From the NCBI GenBank assembly GCA_905212395.1, contig CAJMEI010000001.1, forward strand, positions 1 through 26,462: a stretch of 26,462 bases of DNA, read 5' to 3'. Each line of letters begins with the position of its first letter. The first letter of the stretch is position 1. The translations under genes and the position numbers were made by a program. Source of the DNA: an uncultured Christensenella sp. GTDB taxonomy: Bacteria; Bacillota; Clostridia; Christensenellales; Borkfalkiaceae. The notes under the pieces are model-generated. The model had not been told where the DNA came from. It ran no database searches and saw only the letters and a list, made by a program, of their open reading frames with translations. This document shows, piece by piece, positions 1 through 8,944 of the stretch.

Positions 1-134
1 CGTTTTTTCTAAAAAAACGTTTATCAAGCCATAAAACCTATAAATTTTTAAATTTAAACTACGTTTCCGAAATTTTTTTAACTAATTTTGCAAAGATTTT
101 TTTATAAATTAAACCGTTTTATATTTAGAACACT

Positions 135-165
135 CTACCCGAAGCCTTTAAAAAGCTTCGGGTAG
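135..165 (-). terminator. Probable intrinsic terminator of the PFOR gene
   Basis: Inverted repeat ctacccgaagc (135-145) / gcttcgggtag (155-165), about 15 nt after the PFOR stop codon; the U-tract is weak. Confidence 0.7.
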
Positions 166-180
166 TGAATTTACTAAAAA

Positions 181-3100
181 TTAGTCTTTATTTTCAGCAA
201 GTCTTTTGTATTTTTCAAGTCTTTCGGCATTTTCTTTTTCGCTTAAATCAAACAAAGTATCCGCAATTTCGGGTCTTGTCTTTTTAAGAGAAGCGTATCT
301 CGTTTCACCTAAAATAAAGTCTTTATAGCTTGCGGTAGGAGCTTTACTGTCAAGCGTGAAGGGGTTAGCATCCGTTCCGACCTTTTCGGGGTTGTAACGG
401 TATAAGTGCCAATAACCTGCGTCAACTGCTTTCTTTTCTTCGGCTTGCGAATTGCTCATGTTGATACCGTGGTTTATACAAGGAGCGTAGCAGATTACCA
501 AAGAAGGTCCGTTATAACTTTCAGCTTCCGTTAAAGCGTTTAAGAATTGTTGTTTATTAGCTCCCATTGCGCATTGAGCAACGTAAACGTAGCCGTAGCT
601 CATAGCCATCATACCAAGGTCTTTCTTCTTAATTCTCTTTCCACCTGCGGCAAATTTAGCAACCGAAGCGGTAGGAGTAGATTTAGAAGCTTGTCCGCCG
701 GTGTTAGAATAAACTTCCGTATCGAGTACTAATACGTTTACGTCTTCTCCCATAGCGAGTACGTGGTCTAATCCGCCGTAACCGATATCGTAAGCCCAAC
801 CGTCTCCGCCGAAAATCCAAATAGATTTTTTAATTAAGCAGTCGGTAGAAGCTTCTATCGTTTTTAATATAGCTTTAAGTTCGCCCGTAGACTTCTTAAC
901 CGCTCCCGCGATTCCCGCTTTTATAACGGCTCCCGTTTTTTCGGAAATTTCTACGTTGTTTCTATTTTCTAACCATTCTTTAAATGCGTCCGCAACTTTT
1001 CCTTTAAGTCCGAGTTCTAACGCTTTTTTCATTTCGTCGGCAAGTTTTGCTCTTCTTTGACCGTAAGCTAAATTCATACCGTAACCGAATTCAGCGTTAT
1101 CTTCGAACAAGCTGTTTGCCCAAGCAGGTCCTTTACCTTCTTTATTAACGGTGTAAGGACACGTCGGAGAAGAACCACCGTAAATGGACGAACATCCCGT
1201 AGCGTTAGCAACAATCATTCTATCGCCGAATAATTGAGTTATAACTTTAACGTAAGGAGTTTCTCCGCATCCTGCGCACGCGCCCGAGAATTCGAATAAA
1301 GGTTTCTTAAATTGACTACCTTTAACTGTATTTGCTTTGAAAGGAGTTTCTACTTCGGGAAGCGTTTCGCTGAATTCGTAGTTTACTACTTCTTCTTTTT
1401 CTATTTGACCGAAAGGAGTCATAACCAAAGCTTTTTCCTTTGCGGGACAAACGTTAGCGCAAACTCCGCAACCTAAACAGTCAAGGGCGCTTACTTGCAT
1501 TCTATACTCGTAGCCTTTCATTTGCATTGCGGGACGAGTAGTAAAGCTTTCGGGTTTTTGAGTTCCTTCTTTAACGATTACGGGTCTGATACAAGCGTGC
1601 GGACATACGAACGCGCATTGGTTACATTGAATACAATTTTCGCCTATCCACTTGGGAACTAATACGGCAACGCCTCTCTTTTCGAACTTTGTAGTTCCGG
1701 TAGGAACAGTTCCGTCTGCGTTGAACGCGGAAGAAGGAAGCTTGTCGCCTTCGAGCGAAAGTATGGGATGAATAACTTCTTTAAAGTATTTATCGTCTGC
1801 AACTTTAACCATTTCCGCGCCCGTAGTAGCGTCTTTCCAACTAGCGGGAACGTCTATTTTAATAAGATTAGCCGCAGCAGAATCGATAGCGTCGTAGTTC
1901 ATTTGAACGATAGCGTCGCCTTTCTTCGCAAACGACTTATAGGCCATCTTTTTCATATATTCAACGGCTTGGTCGTAAGGAATAATGTTTGCAACTTTAA
2001 AGAACGCCGATTGTAAAATGGTGTTCGTTCTTCCCTTTAATCCTAAATTGCCTGCAATTTTTATTGCGTCTATAACGTAGAGTTTGATATTCTTTCTTGC
2101 AATATCTCTCTTAACGAAAGCGGGTAAAACTTCTTCTAATTCTTCCGCAGTAGAAGCCGAAGTGTTAAGTAAGAACGTTCCGTTTTCTTTAATATCGCCC
2201 GTCATATTGTAACGAATTATATAAGAAGGATTAGAGCATTGTACGAAGTCAGCCGCGTCGATTAGATAAGCCGATTGAATAGGCGTGTCGCCGAATCTTA
2301 AATGCGATACGGTTATACCGCCCGATTTTTTAGAATCGTAGAAGAAATATCCTTGAACGAATTTATCGGTGTGGTCGCCTATAATCTTAATGCTGTTTTT
2401 GTTAGCTCCTACCGTTCCGTCCGAGCCTAAGCCGTAGAACTTACAAGAAATAGTTCCTTCGGGAGCGGCGTTGTATTGTTCGGAGAAGTCGAGCGAAGTG
2501 TGGGTAATATCGTCGTAAATTCCGACCGTGAAATGATTTTTGGGTTTGTCTTGCGCAAGATTTTTATAAACCGCGTAAACCATAGAAGGATTGAATTCCT
2601 TGCTACCTAAACCGTATCTTCCGCCAACGACGGTAATTCTCTTTTTAGCTTCCGTTAAAGCCGCGCAAACGTCAAGATATAAGGGTTCGCCTAAAGAACC
2701 TGCTTCTTTGGTTCTGTCTAAAACGGCTATCTTTTTAACGGTCTTGGGAAGAGCTTTTAAGAATGCTTTTTGAGCGAAAGGTCTATAAAGTCTAACTTTT
2801 AATACGCCGACTTTTTCGCCTTCTTTATTCATTTTGTTTATGGTTTCTTCTATCGTGTCAGCTCCGCTACCCATAATAACGATAACTCTATCTGCGTCGG
2901 GAGCGCCTACGTAGTCGAACAAATGATAATTTCTACCCGTAAGTTTGTTTACTTTGTCCATCATTTTTTGAACGATGTCGGGCGTAGCCTCGTAATACTT
3001 ATTAGCCGTTTCTCTGTTTTGGAAATAAGTATCGGCGTTTTGAGCAGTACCTCTTTGAACGGGGTGTTCGGGGTTTAATGCTCTTGAACGGAAGTCTTCT

Positions 3101-3693
3101 ATATCCTTCATGTCTACCAAAGCTTTCATATCTTCGTAGTCGATTACGTCGATTTTAGAAACTTCGTGGCTGGTTCTGAAACCGTCGAAGAAGTGAAGGA
3201 AAGGAACTTTTGCTTTTAAAGTAGAAAGATGAGCGACTAACGCCAAATCCATAACTTCTTGTACGGAGTTGGATGCAAGCATTGCAAATCCCGTTTGACG
3301 ACAAGCCATAACGTCCGCGTGGTCGCCGAAAATGTTAAGCGAATGAGCCGCTAACGCTCTTGCGCTTACGTGGAAAACGGTGGGTAATAATTCCCCAGCG
3401 ATTTTATACATATTCGGAATCATTAAAAGTAAGCCTTGACTAGCAGTATAAGTAGTAGTCAACGCGCCTGCCGTTAAGGAGCCGTGAACAGCGCCCGCAG
3501 CGCCTCCTTCGGATTGCATTTCGGCAAGTCTTAAAGGTTGTCCGAACATGTTTAATCTACCTTCGGTAGCCCAAGTGTCAGCCACTTCCGCCATAGGCGA
3601 AGAAGGGGTAATAGGATAAATAGCCGCAACTTCGCTGAACGCATAAGCTACGTGACTGGCAGCGGTATTACCGTCAATAGTCAATTTTTTCAT
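181..3693 (-). CDS. nifJ: Pyruvate:ferredoxin (flavodoxin) oxidoreductase, homodimeric type
   Basis: Motifs DGNTAA, YPITPSS, EMQSEGGAAGAVHG, two CxxCxxCxxxCP ferredoxin motifs, FEFSGACAGCGETPY and the TPP-binding GGDGWAYDIG. Start moved to ATG 3693 because GGAGGA lies at 3701-3706. Confidence 0.97.
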   Translation of the reverse strand: MKKLTIDGNTAASHVAYAFSEVAAIYPITPSSPMAEVADTWATEGRLNMFGQPLRLAEMQSEGGAAGAVHGSLTAGALTTTYTASQGLLLMIPNMYKIAGELLPTVFHVSARALAAHSLNIFGDHADVMACRQTGFAMLASNSVQEVMDLALVAHLSTLKAKVPFLHFFDGFRTSHEVSKIDVIDYEDMKALVDMKDIEDFRSRALNPEHPVQRGTAQNADTYFQNRETANKYYEATPDIVQKMMDKVNKLTGRNYHLFDYVGAPDADRVIVIMGSGADTIEETINKMNKEGEKVGVLKVRLYRPFAQKAFLKALPKTVKKIAVLDRTKEAGSLGEPLYLDVCAALTEAKKRITVVGGRYGLGSKEFNPSMVYAVYKNLAQDKPKNHFTVGIYDDITHTSLDFSEQYNAAPEGTISCKFYGLGSDGTVGANKNSIKIIGDHTDKFVQGYFFYDSKKSGGITVSHLRFGDTPIQSAYLIDAADFVQCSNPSYIIRYNMTGDIKENGTFLLNTSASTAEELEEVLPAFVKRDIARKNIKLYVIDAIKIAGNLGLKGRTNTILQSAFFKVANIIPYDQAVEYMKKMAYKSFAKKGDAIVQMNYDAIDSAAANLIKIDVPASWKDATTGAEMVKVADDKYFKEVIHPILSLEGDKLPSSAFNADGTVPTGTTKFEKRGVAVLVPKWIGENCIQCNQCAFVCPHACIRPVIVKEGTQKPESFTTRPAMQMKGYEYRMQVSALDCLGCGVCANVCPAKEKALVMTPFGQIEKEEVVNYEFSETLPEVETPFKANTVKGSQFKKPLFEFSGACAGCGETPYVKVITQLFGDRMIVANATGCSSIYGGSSPTCPYTVNKEGKGPAWANSLFEDNAEFGYGMNLAYGQRRAKLADEMKKALELGLKGKVADAFKEWLENRNNVEISEKTGAVIKAGIAGAVKKSTGELKAILKTIEASTDCLIKKSIWIFGGDGWAYDIGYGGLDHVLAMGEDVNVLVLDTEVYSNTGGQASKSTPTASVAKFAAGGKRIKKKDLGMMAMSYGYVYVAQCAMGANKQQFLNALTEAESYNGPSLVICYAPCINHGINMSNSQAEEKKAVDAGYWHLYRYNPEKVGTDANPFTLDSKAPTASYKDFILGETRYASLKKTRPEIADTLFDLSEKENAERLEKYKRLAENKD

Positions 3694-3731
3694 ATTGTAT
3701 TCCTCCAAATTGAATTCATTTCATCTTTTTT

Positions 3732-3760
3732 ATTATATTACATACTTTTTTTAAAGTCAA
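3732..3760 (-). promoter_or_regulatory. SigA-type promoter of PFOR
   Basis: Minus strand TTGACT (3760-3755), 17-nt spacer, TATAAT (3737-3732). Confidence 0.75.
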
Positions 3761-3894
3761 TATTACGAAATTAAAAAAAGGACGATTTTTAGTATTTTTT
3801 TTATTTTTAACAGTATTTTTGAGTTTTTTTTACCCTAAAAAGTAAAATTTACCAAAACTATGCAAAATTGCTTCGTAATTTTCACACAAAAAAA

Positions 3895-3927
3895 TTGCCA
3901 AAGCAAAAAGCTATTTTGCTTTGGCAA
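3895..3927 (-). terminator. Intrinsic terminator after the IMPase/membrane-protein pair
   Basis: 14-bp perfect stem ttgccaaagcaaaa / ttttgctttggcaa followed by a T-run on the minus strand. Confidence 0.8.
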
Positions 3928-3934
3928 ACTAATT

Positions 3935-4682
3935 TTATTCGGAATAAAAATGTAAAAACCAAGTTTTCCCGAAAAGCATATTAAACGAATTATCGTTTTC
4001 GCATACGACGAATTTATAAGCTAAAATGAGTTGCTTAAAATAACTTCTTATTAAAATGATAAAAAGTATTATTCCGTAGCCCGTTCCTATTAAAACGGAT
4101 ACAAGAGTAACGGCTTTAAAATAATAAAAAGAAATTCCTATCGCAAGTCCCGAAATTATAGAAGTTATAAAGGATAAAATAACGTAATGCAACGTTTCCG
4201 CGCTGAATAAATTATTTTTTATAAATTTGCGATAATTAAAGCGTTTTTCACCGTTTTTTTGCTTTATATACGTTTTACCTTTTTTCAAAAAACATTCTTT
4301 ATATTTTTCTTGCGCGACTTCTTTACACAATACGCTTTTATCGTATCCCATTAAAAGCGTTAGCGTTTGACAGCCAAGCCAATACGCTTCTTTATAAATT
4401 CTATATCTTATAATTATCAGGGAAAATAAAACTCCTATTATCCCTATGGATAAAAATATCATTCCCTTTCCTAAGTAAGACATTTTTTCTACCGAAAATG
4501 CAAACGGAATTATCAGCGAAAATAAAGCTATGTAAAGCGTTATTATTTGGTCGCGTTTACTTTGTTGCAACGACAGCTCGCTATGCCCGTATTCGTATAA
4601 AGCGTTTAAGTCTACGTTGTCTATAGCTTTAGCTTTTTTTCAACTTTTCTTCTATTTTTTCTTTATTAGTAGTAAAATCCAT
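3935..4682 (-). pseudogene. Uncharacterised ~4-TM membrane protein (248 aa if repaired), interrupted by one extra base in an A7 run
   Basis: ATG at 4682 follows GAGGA in the end of the IMPase gene and reads MDFTTNKEKIEEKLKKS*. Removing one A from 4634-4640 joins it in frame to the 211-aa ORF. It could also be a sequencing error. Confidence 0.65.
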
Positions 4683-4683
4683 A

Positions 4684-5472
4684 TTATTCCTCGTAAGGTA
4701 CTTTATCTAAATATTTATTAACGGTGTTTATAAGTTCTTGTAAACTTTCTTTACAGTTAGATGCTAAAACCATAGTCGGTTTATTAAACGAGCATTTTTG
4801 TCCGCCGTATCCGCAAATTTCTCCGCCAGCTTCTTTTAAAATTAAAAAAGACGCGCAGTAATCCCAAGGAAAAACTCTCATTTCAAAAAACAAATCGCAA
4901 TCGCCTTTCGCCAGATAACACAATTCGAGCGCGCAACTGCCGAATCTTCTTACGTCGTTAGAACGCTTATAAATATCGAGTATTATTTTTGCGCAAACTT
5001 CCGCGTAATCTTTTTTGTATAAAGATAAAGCCGTGCAAAATAACGCGTCGTTTAATTTTCTTTTGGAAACGCTTATTTTTTTGCCGTTTAAATACGCGCC
5101 TTTACCCTTTTCAGCGACGTATAGCTCGTCTTTTGCGGGATTATACACTACGCCGAATATAACTTCCCCTTTATCTAAAACGCCAACGGAAATAGCGTAT
5201 TCCCCTATCCCCCTAGAAAAATTTTGAGTTCCGTCGATAGGGTCTATTACGAACGTAAGTCCGTTTTTATTTTCTTTTAGCAAGTGCTCTTCTTCGCAAA
5301 TAAAGCCCGCGTTTTCGTAATGCTTACTTATTTGCTCGCACAAAAAGTTTTGCGACCACAAGTCTGCCTGCGTGACGATATTTGCAAACCCGTCTTTTTG
5401 TTCGGATATAAAATGACCTTGTTTTATAAAATCTCCTGCCTGCTTTACGGCTTGAATTAATTTTTCAAACAT
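4684..5472 (-). CDS. Inositol monophosphatase family protein (SuhB-like)
   Basis: Motifs IVTQAD, EE, VIDPIDGTQNF, RRFGSCALELCYLAKG and PWD. Confidence 0.92.
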   Translation of the reverse strand: MFEKLIQAVKQAGDFIKQGHFISEQKDGFANIVTQADLWSQNFLCEQISKHYENAGFICEEEHLLKENKNGLTFVIDPIDGTQNFSRGIGEYAISVGVLDKGEVIFGVVYNPAKDELYVAEKGKGAYLNGKKISVSKRKLNDALFCTALSLYKKDYAEVCAKIILDIYKRSNDVRRFGSCALELCYLAKGDCDLFFEMRVFPWDYCASFLILKEAGGEICGYGGQKCSFNKPTMVLASNCKESLQELINTVNKYLDKVPYEE

Positions 5473-5526
5473 TTTTGCTCCTTAATTAGTAGAACGATAA
5501 CTATTAAATAACATTTTAACGGATAT

Positions 5527-5555
5527 ATTTTAACATATATAAGGCAATCTTTCAA
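5527..5555 (-). promoter_or_regulatory. SigA-type promoter of the IMPase gene
   Basis: TTGAAA, 17-nt spacer, TAAAAT with an extended -10 TGn. Confidence 0.55.
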
Positions 5556-5568
5556 GAAAATAAACGAT

Positions 5569-5599
5569 TTTAAGGCGTAGCAAAATGCCACGCCTTAAA
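5569..5599 (-). terminator. Terminator after the RsgI-like lipoprotein gene
   Basis: Inverted repeat tttaaggcgt(a)gca / tgc(c)acgccttaaa just past the stop codon at 5619. Confidence 0.65.
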
Positions 5600-5618
5600 T
5601 TTGAGTGTTGTTATATGG

Positions 5619-7001
5619 TTAGTTTTTGTTTTTTCTTCCGCTTATTAATTGTTCCATTCTGTCTTTATAAAGTTGTTTTTCTTGTTCTATAGCCTGTTTC
5701 TTTTGAGTTTTTAAGTTTTCTAACTCGGATTTTATTTCGGCTTTTTTATCTTCGTAAACCTTTTTTAGGGTTTTGTCGTTTTTAATTAAATCTTTTAAGG
5801 ATTTTTCCATCGCTTCTATTTGGTCTTCCAAACTTTCCGCAATATCTTCTATATAGTCTTCTAAATATTCTAAAGTAGTGATATTGTCAGGTAAAGAAAC
5901 CCCTAAAATAGCGTTAAATTCGTTTAACTTATTTATTATTTGAGTTTTTAATTCTTCGGGAATAGCAACTGCTTCTTCTAACTCGTCTAAATAAGCGTCT
6001 ACGGTATCGTACAATTCTTCAAAAGCTTCTCTTTCGGAAGAGCTTAAATTTCTATAAATTCTATCTATTTCGTCTTCTACGCTGTCTAGGGTTATTTCTC
6101 CGTTTGCGTTTTTACATCTTTCGATAAAAGCGTTTAAATCTTCGCTTGCGATATTTAGTTGTTCGGCAATTATTCTTATTTGCTCGTCGGTTAAAATTAC
6201 GTTTTCGTACTTATCTAATTCAACTTCTTCTAAATTATCAAAATAGTCGTACGCGCTTCTTAAAAGTTTTAATCTCGTGCTTTGCGTTAAATCGACAAAT
6301 TCTAAACAAGCGTCTAACAATTCTTTTTCTTTTCTTTCGTATTCTTTTTCTATTCTTTCGATACTGTCTTCCGCTTCGTCGTCTAAATCTTCTATAATTT
6401 TATCGTATTGTTTAATAATTTCGATTAGCTCTTTAACGTCCATAGTAACCGCAACTTCTATGGTTAAAGTAGAATCTTTTTCCATTGCGGATTTTATTAG
6501 TCTAAACTTATTTAACGTTAAACTTTGTATTGCTTGATTGTCAGGATATTGGCTCTTTAAATTTTCTAATTCTTTACTTAAAGTAATTTTTACGTCGGCT
6601 TCTACCTTAACGCCCGACTTTTCTTCGAATTTAACTTTTATTTTGTTAAATATTTCGTCTTCGTTGTCGCCTATAACGCTTAAAGAAACCCCGTTGTTAA
6701 AATCGGTAATAAATCCTAATTCTACCGCTAAATTCGCAAGTGTTTCCGTTGCTTGCGTAACGTTATTACCTACTACGTCGGCTTGGAATAATAATACCTT
6801 TCCGTCGTCGTTTAACGCTTTTACGGACAATACTTTTTCATTTTCGTCTAGCGTAAGTTCTATAGAAGGATTTATGTCTATCGCTAAATACGTCGTTGCC
6901 GTTTCGTTATTTGCGGGACCTCCTTTACTGTTGCAACCTAATGCCATAAATAAACAAGTTAAGCTTAAAATTAACGCTGTTAGTATTTTTTTAAGTTTCA
7001 T
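5619..7001 (-). CDS. Lipoprotein with an RsgI-like extracytoplasmic domain and a long acidic helical/coiled-coil C-terminus
   Basis: Lipobox ALG-C23; YLAIDINPSIELTLDENEKVLSVKALNDDG matches the RsgI juxtamembrane domain pattern; E/K/L-rich helical tail. Confidence 0.75.
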   Translation of the reverse strand: MKLKKILTALILSLTCLFMALGCNSKGGPANNETATTYLAIDINPSIELTLDENEKVLSVKALNDDGKVLLFQADVVGNNVTQATETLANLAVELGFITDFNNGVSLSVIGDNEDEIFNKIKVKFEEKSGVKVEADVKITLSKELENLKSQYPDNQAIQSLTLNKFRLIKSAMEKDSTLTIEVAVTMDVKELIEIIKQYDKIIEDLDDEAEDSIERIEKEYERKEKELLDACLEFVDLTQSTRLKLLRSAYDYFDNLEEVELDKYENVILTDEQIRIIAEQLNIASEDLNAFIERCKNANGEITLDSVEDEIDRIYRNLSSSEREAFEELYDTVDAYLDELEEAVAIPEELKTQIINKLNEFNAILGVSLPDNITTLEYLEDYIEDIAESLEDQIEAMEKSLKDLIKNDKTLKKVYEDKKAEIKSELENLKTQKKQAIEQEKQLYKDRMEQLISGRKNKN

Positions 7002-7025
7002 AATTAGTCTCCTTTTCTTCTTTCT

Positions 7026-7064
7026 TACTTATTAAACAATTAAGGTTTGAAATTTATTGGTAAA
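7026..7064 (-). promoter_or_regulatory. Candidate ECF-sigma promoter, copy 2
   Basis: TTTACCAATAAAT-N9-TAATTGTTTAATAAGTA on the minus strand, identical in both blocks to 8849-8887. Confidence 0.7.
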
Positions 7065-7076
7065 ATTTAAAAAATT

Positions 7077-8288
7077 TTATTTTCTATCGTTTTTATAGTT
7101 TTTGCCTTCCTTTTCCAACTGTAATATTAAGTCTAAATTTAAATTGTTTCCAAACCCCGCCTTTAACTCATCGAAAACCGCTTTTACTTTTTTGTTTGCT
7201 AAAATAGTATCTAAAACGCTTTTATAATCTTTTTTGTAATCGGAATTTTCTAAAACGTCTTCTATGGCGCCCGCCATTTCTTCTATTGCGTCCTCAGTCA
7301 TTCCGAAAGTGTACTTTTCCTTTATTTTTTCATAATTTTTGTCGGTTAAAAGTATGGGACTACCGAGTTTTTTACATAAAGTTTGTATTTCTACAACAAG
7401 TTTTCTTGCCTTTATTATATAATCGTCCACTTCCGACGTGGTTTCACCGTAAGCATTTTTTAATAATTCGTTTATATCTATATTATGTTCTGTTATTATT
7501 TCTTCTAAATCTTCAAAACATTCGCTGAGTTCTTCGGCGAAATCTAAAATAACGTTGATAAGCAACAAATCGCATATTTCGCTTGATTTTTCCGAAAATA
7601 CTTCATCCTTTTGTTTTTGCTCTAAAAAACTTTTTTGATTTTTTAAGGCTTTAAATATTTTATCTAAGTCGCTGTTTTCATCTATCGCGTCGTCGAGCGT
7701 TTTTGCAAGTTCTTTTAAAAGTTCTTGATTTTTTTCTTTTATTTCCACCGCGTTTTGGTTTCCGCTTACTACGGAATTTATTGCGTTTTGAATTTCTTGT
7801 TCTATTTTAGAATAGTTTTTTTGATTTTTACACGCTATTTCCACGCTTATTGCGTTAGTCGAATTGATATAGCCCGATTTTTTGCACGAATTTATTATTT
7901 TTTCCATAACGGTTTTATAGTTTTCGTTTGTAAAAGTTAAATCGGATAAAACTATTTCACCGTCGTAATTATCCGCAACAACGTTGCTAACCACTCCCTT
8001 TTCGTCGGTTAAAATGGAAAAGGACGGATTTATATTTAAGGTAATGTAGCTAGTGTAATTTTCGGCCTTAATGCCCGACTTGCCGTTGGAACGATTAACG
8101 AAAATTACCGAAAAAACAGAAATAAACGCAAAAACAAATACTAGGGAAAAAGACAAAACCATTTTTTTGAAATTAAATTTTGGCGACGATTTTTCTTGCA
8201 CGAACGTTATTTTTGTGTTTTTTAATCTTTCGCTTTGAGCTGGAATTATTTTATCAAATTCTTTATTTAATTGTTTTTTAAAATTCAT
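7077..8288 (-). CDS. Membrane-anchored anti-sigma factor with an RsgI-like extracytoplasmic domain
   Basis: About 42-aa cytoplasmic N-terminus, one TM (43-64), then SYITLNINPSFSILTD...ADNYDG. The start overlaps the end of the sigma gene. Confidence 0.75.
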   Translation of the reverse strand: MNFKKQLNKEFDKIIPAQSERLKNTKITFVQEKSSPKFNFKKMVLSFSLVFVFAFISVFSVIFVNRSNGKSGIKAENYTSYITLNINPSFSILTDEKGVVSNVVADNYDGEIVLSDLTFTNENYKTVMEKIINSCKKSGYINSTNAISVEIACKNQKNYSKIEQEIQNAINSVVSGNQNAVEIKEKNQELLKELAKTLDDAIDENSDLDKIFKALKNQKSFLEQKQKDEVFSEKSSEICDLLLINVILDFAEELSECFEDLEEIITEHNIDINELLKNAYGETTSEVDDYIIKARKLVVEIQTLCKKLGSPILLTDKNYEKIKEKYTFGMTEDAIEEMAGAIEDVLENSDYKKDYKSVLDTILANKKVKAVFDELKAGFGNNLNLDLILQLEKEGKNYKNDRK

Positions 8289-8814
8289 AATATCCCCTTT
8301 CTACTTGTTTAAAATAGTTTTTTACGCTTTTTATTGCCTTTGAATATTTCCAAGTTACCGTTCCTAGCGGTAGGTCTAACAAATCGGCTATCTCTTTATG
8401 TTTATATCCGCCCACTACGAATAAAGTTACTATTTTGTATTCGTCGTCGGGCAAAATTTTTTTAACGGTGTCTAAAACGGGCGTTGTGAAATCGGATTTT
8501 TCGTCGACTATCGTTCTAGCCGTTTCTTCGCTTAAATAAACGCTACGTTTTTCCCGTTTTAAATAGTTTAAACATAAATTTTTAGCGATTTGCAATACCC
8601 ACGCGACAAAATCTTTTTCACGGTAACTATTTATGTTTTGTTTTACCTTTATAAAAGTGTCTTGCATAAGTTCTTCCGCGACGTGATAATTATTCGTCAT
8701 AGAATATAAAAATGCAAAAACTCCTTTTTTCATTAAGGCGTAAAGTTGTTCAAACGCTTTTTCGTCCCCCGACTGTATAAGCGTTGCCAATTTTTGGGCT
8801 TGACTTTTCTTCAT
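8278..8814 (-). CDS. ECF (sigma-70 group 4) RNA polymerase sigma factor
   Basis: 178 aa; GDEKAFEQLY, AEELMQDTFIK, FVAWVLQIAKNLCLNYLK (region 2); GYKHKEIADLLDLPLGTV (region 4). Confidence 0.93.
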   Translation of the reverse strand: MKKSQAQKLATLIQSGDEKAFEQLYALMKKGVFAFLYSMTNNYHVAEELMQDTFIKVKQNINSYREKDFVAWVLQIAKNLCLNYLKREKRSVYLSEETARTIVDEKSDFTTPVLDTVKKILPDDEYKIVTLFVVGGYKHKEIADLLDLPLGTVTWKYSKAIKSVKNYFKQVERGYYEF

Positions 8815-8848
8815 GTTTTTTCCGTAACTTCTTTAAATATCCCTTTTC

Positions 8849-8887
8849 TACTTATTAAACAATTATTATAGCTTATTTATTGGTAAA
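8849..8887 (-). promoter_or_regulatory. Candidate autoregulatory ECF-sigma promoter, copy 1
   Basis: Same bipartite motif as 7026-7064, ending about 35 nt upstream of the sigma ATG. Confidence 0.7.
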
Positions 8888-8911
8888 TTTCTATTTTTTT
8901 AGCAAAAAAAA

Positions 8912-8934
8912 TACGGCGGTTTAAAACCGCCGTA
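8912..8934 (-). terminator. Intrinsic terminator of the GH97 gene
   Basis: Stem tacggcggtt / aaccgccgta followed by a T-run on the minus strand. Confidence 0.85.
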
Positions 8935-8944
8935 AATTTATTTA

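Noticed and set aside
3761..3890. Rex-like operator upstream of PFOR
   Set aside because: ttcgtaattttcacaca matches TTGTGAA-N4-TTCACAA too poorly to call.
6146..7035. Antisense ORFs of 83-165 aa over the lipoprotein gene
   Set aside because: Shadow frames of a well-supported gene, with no RBS or recognisable domains.
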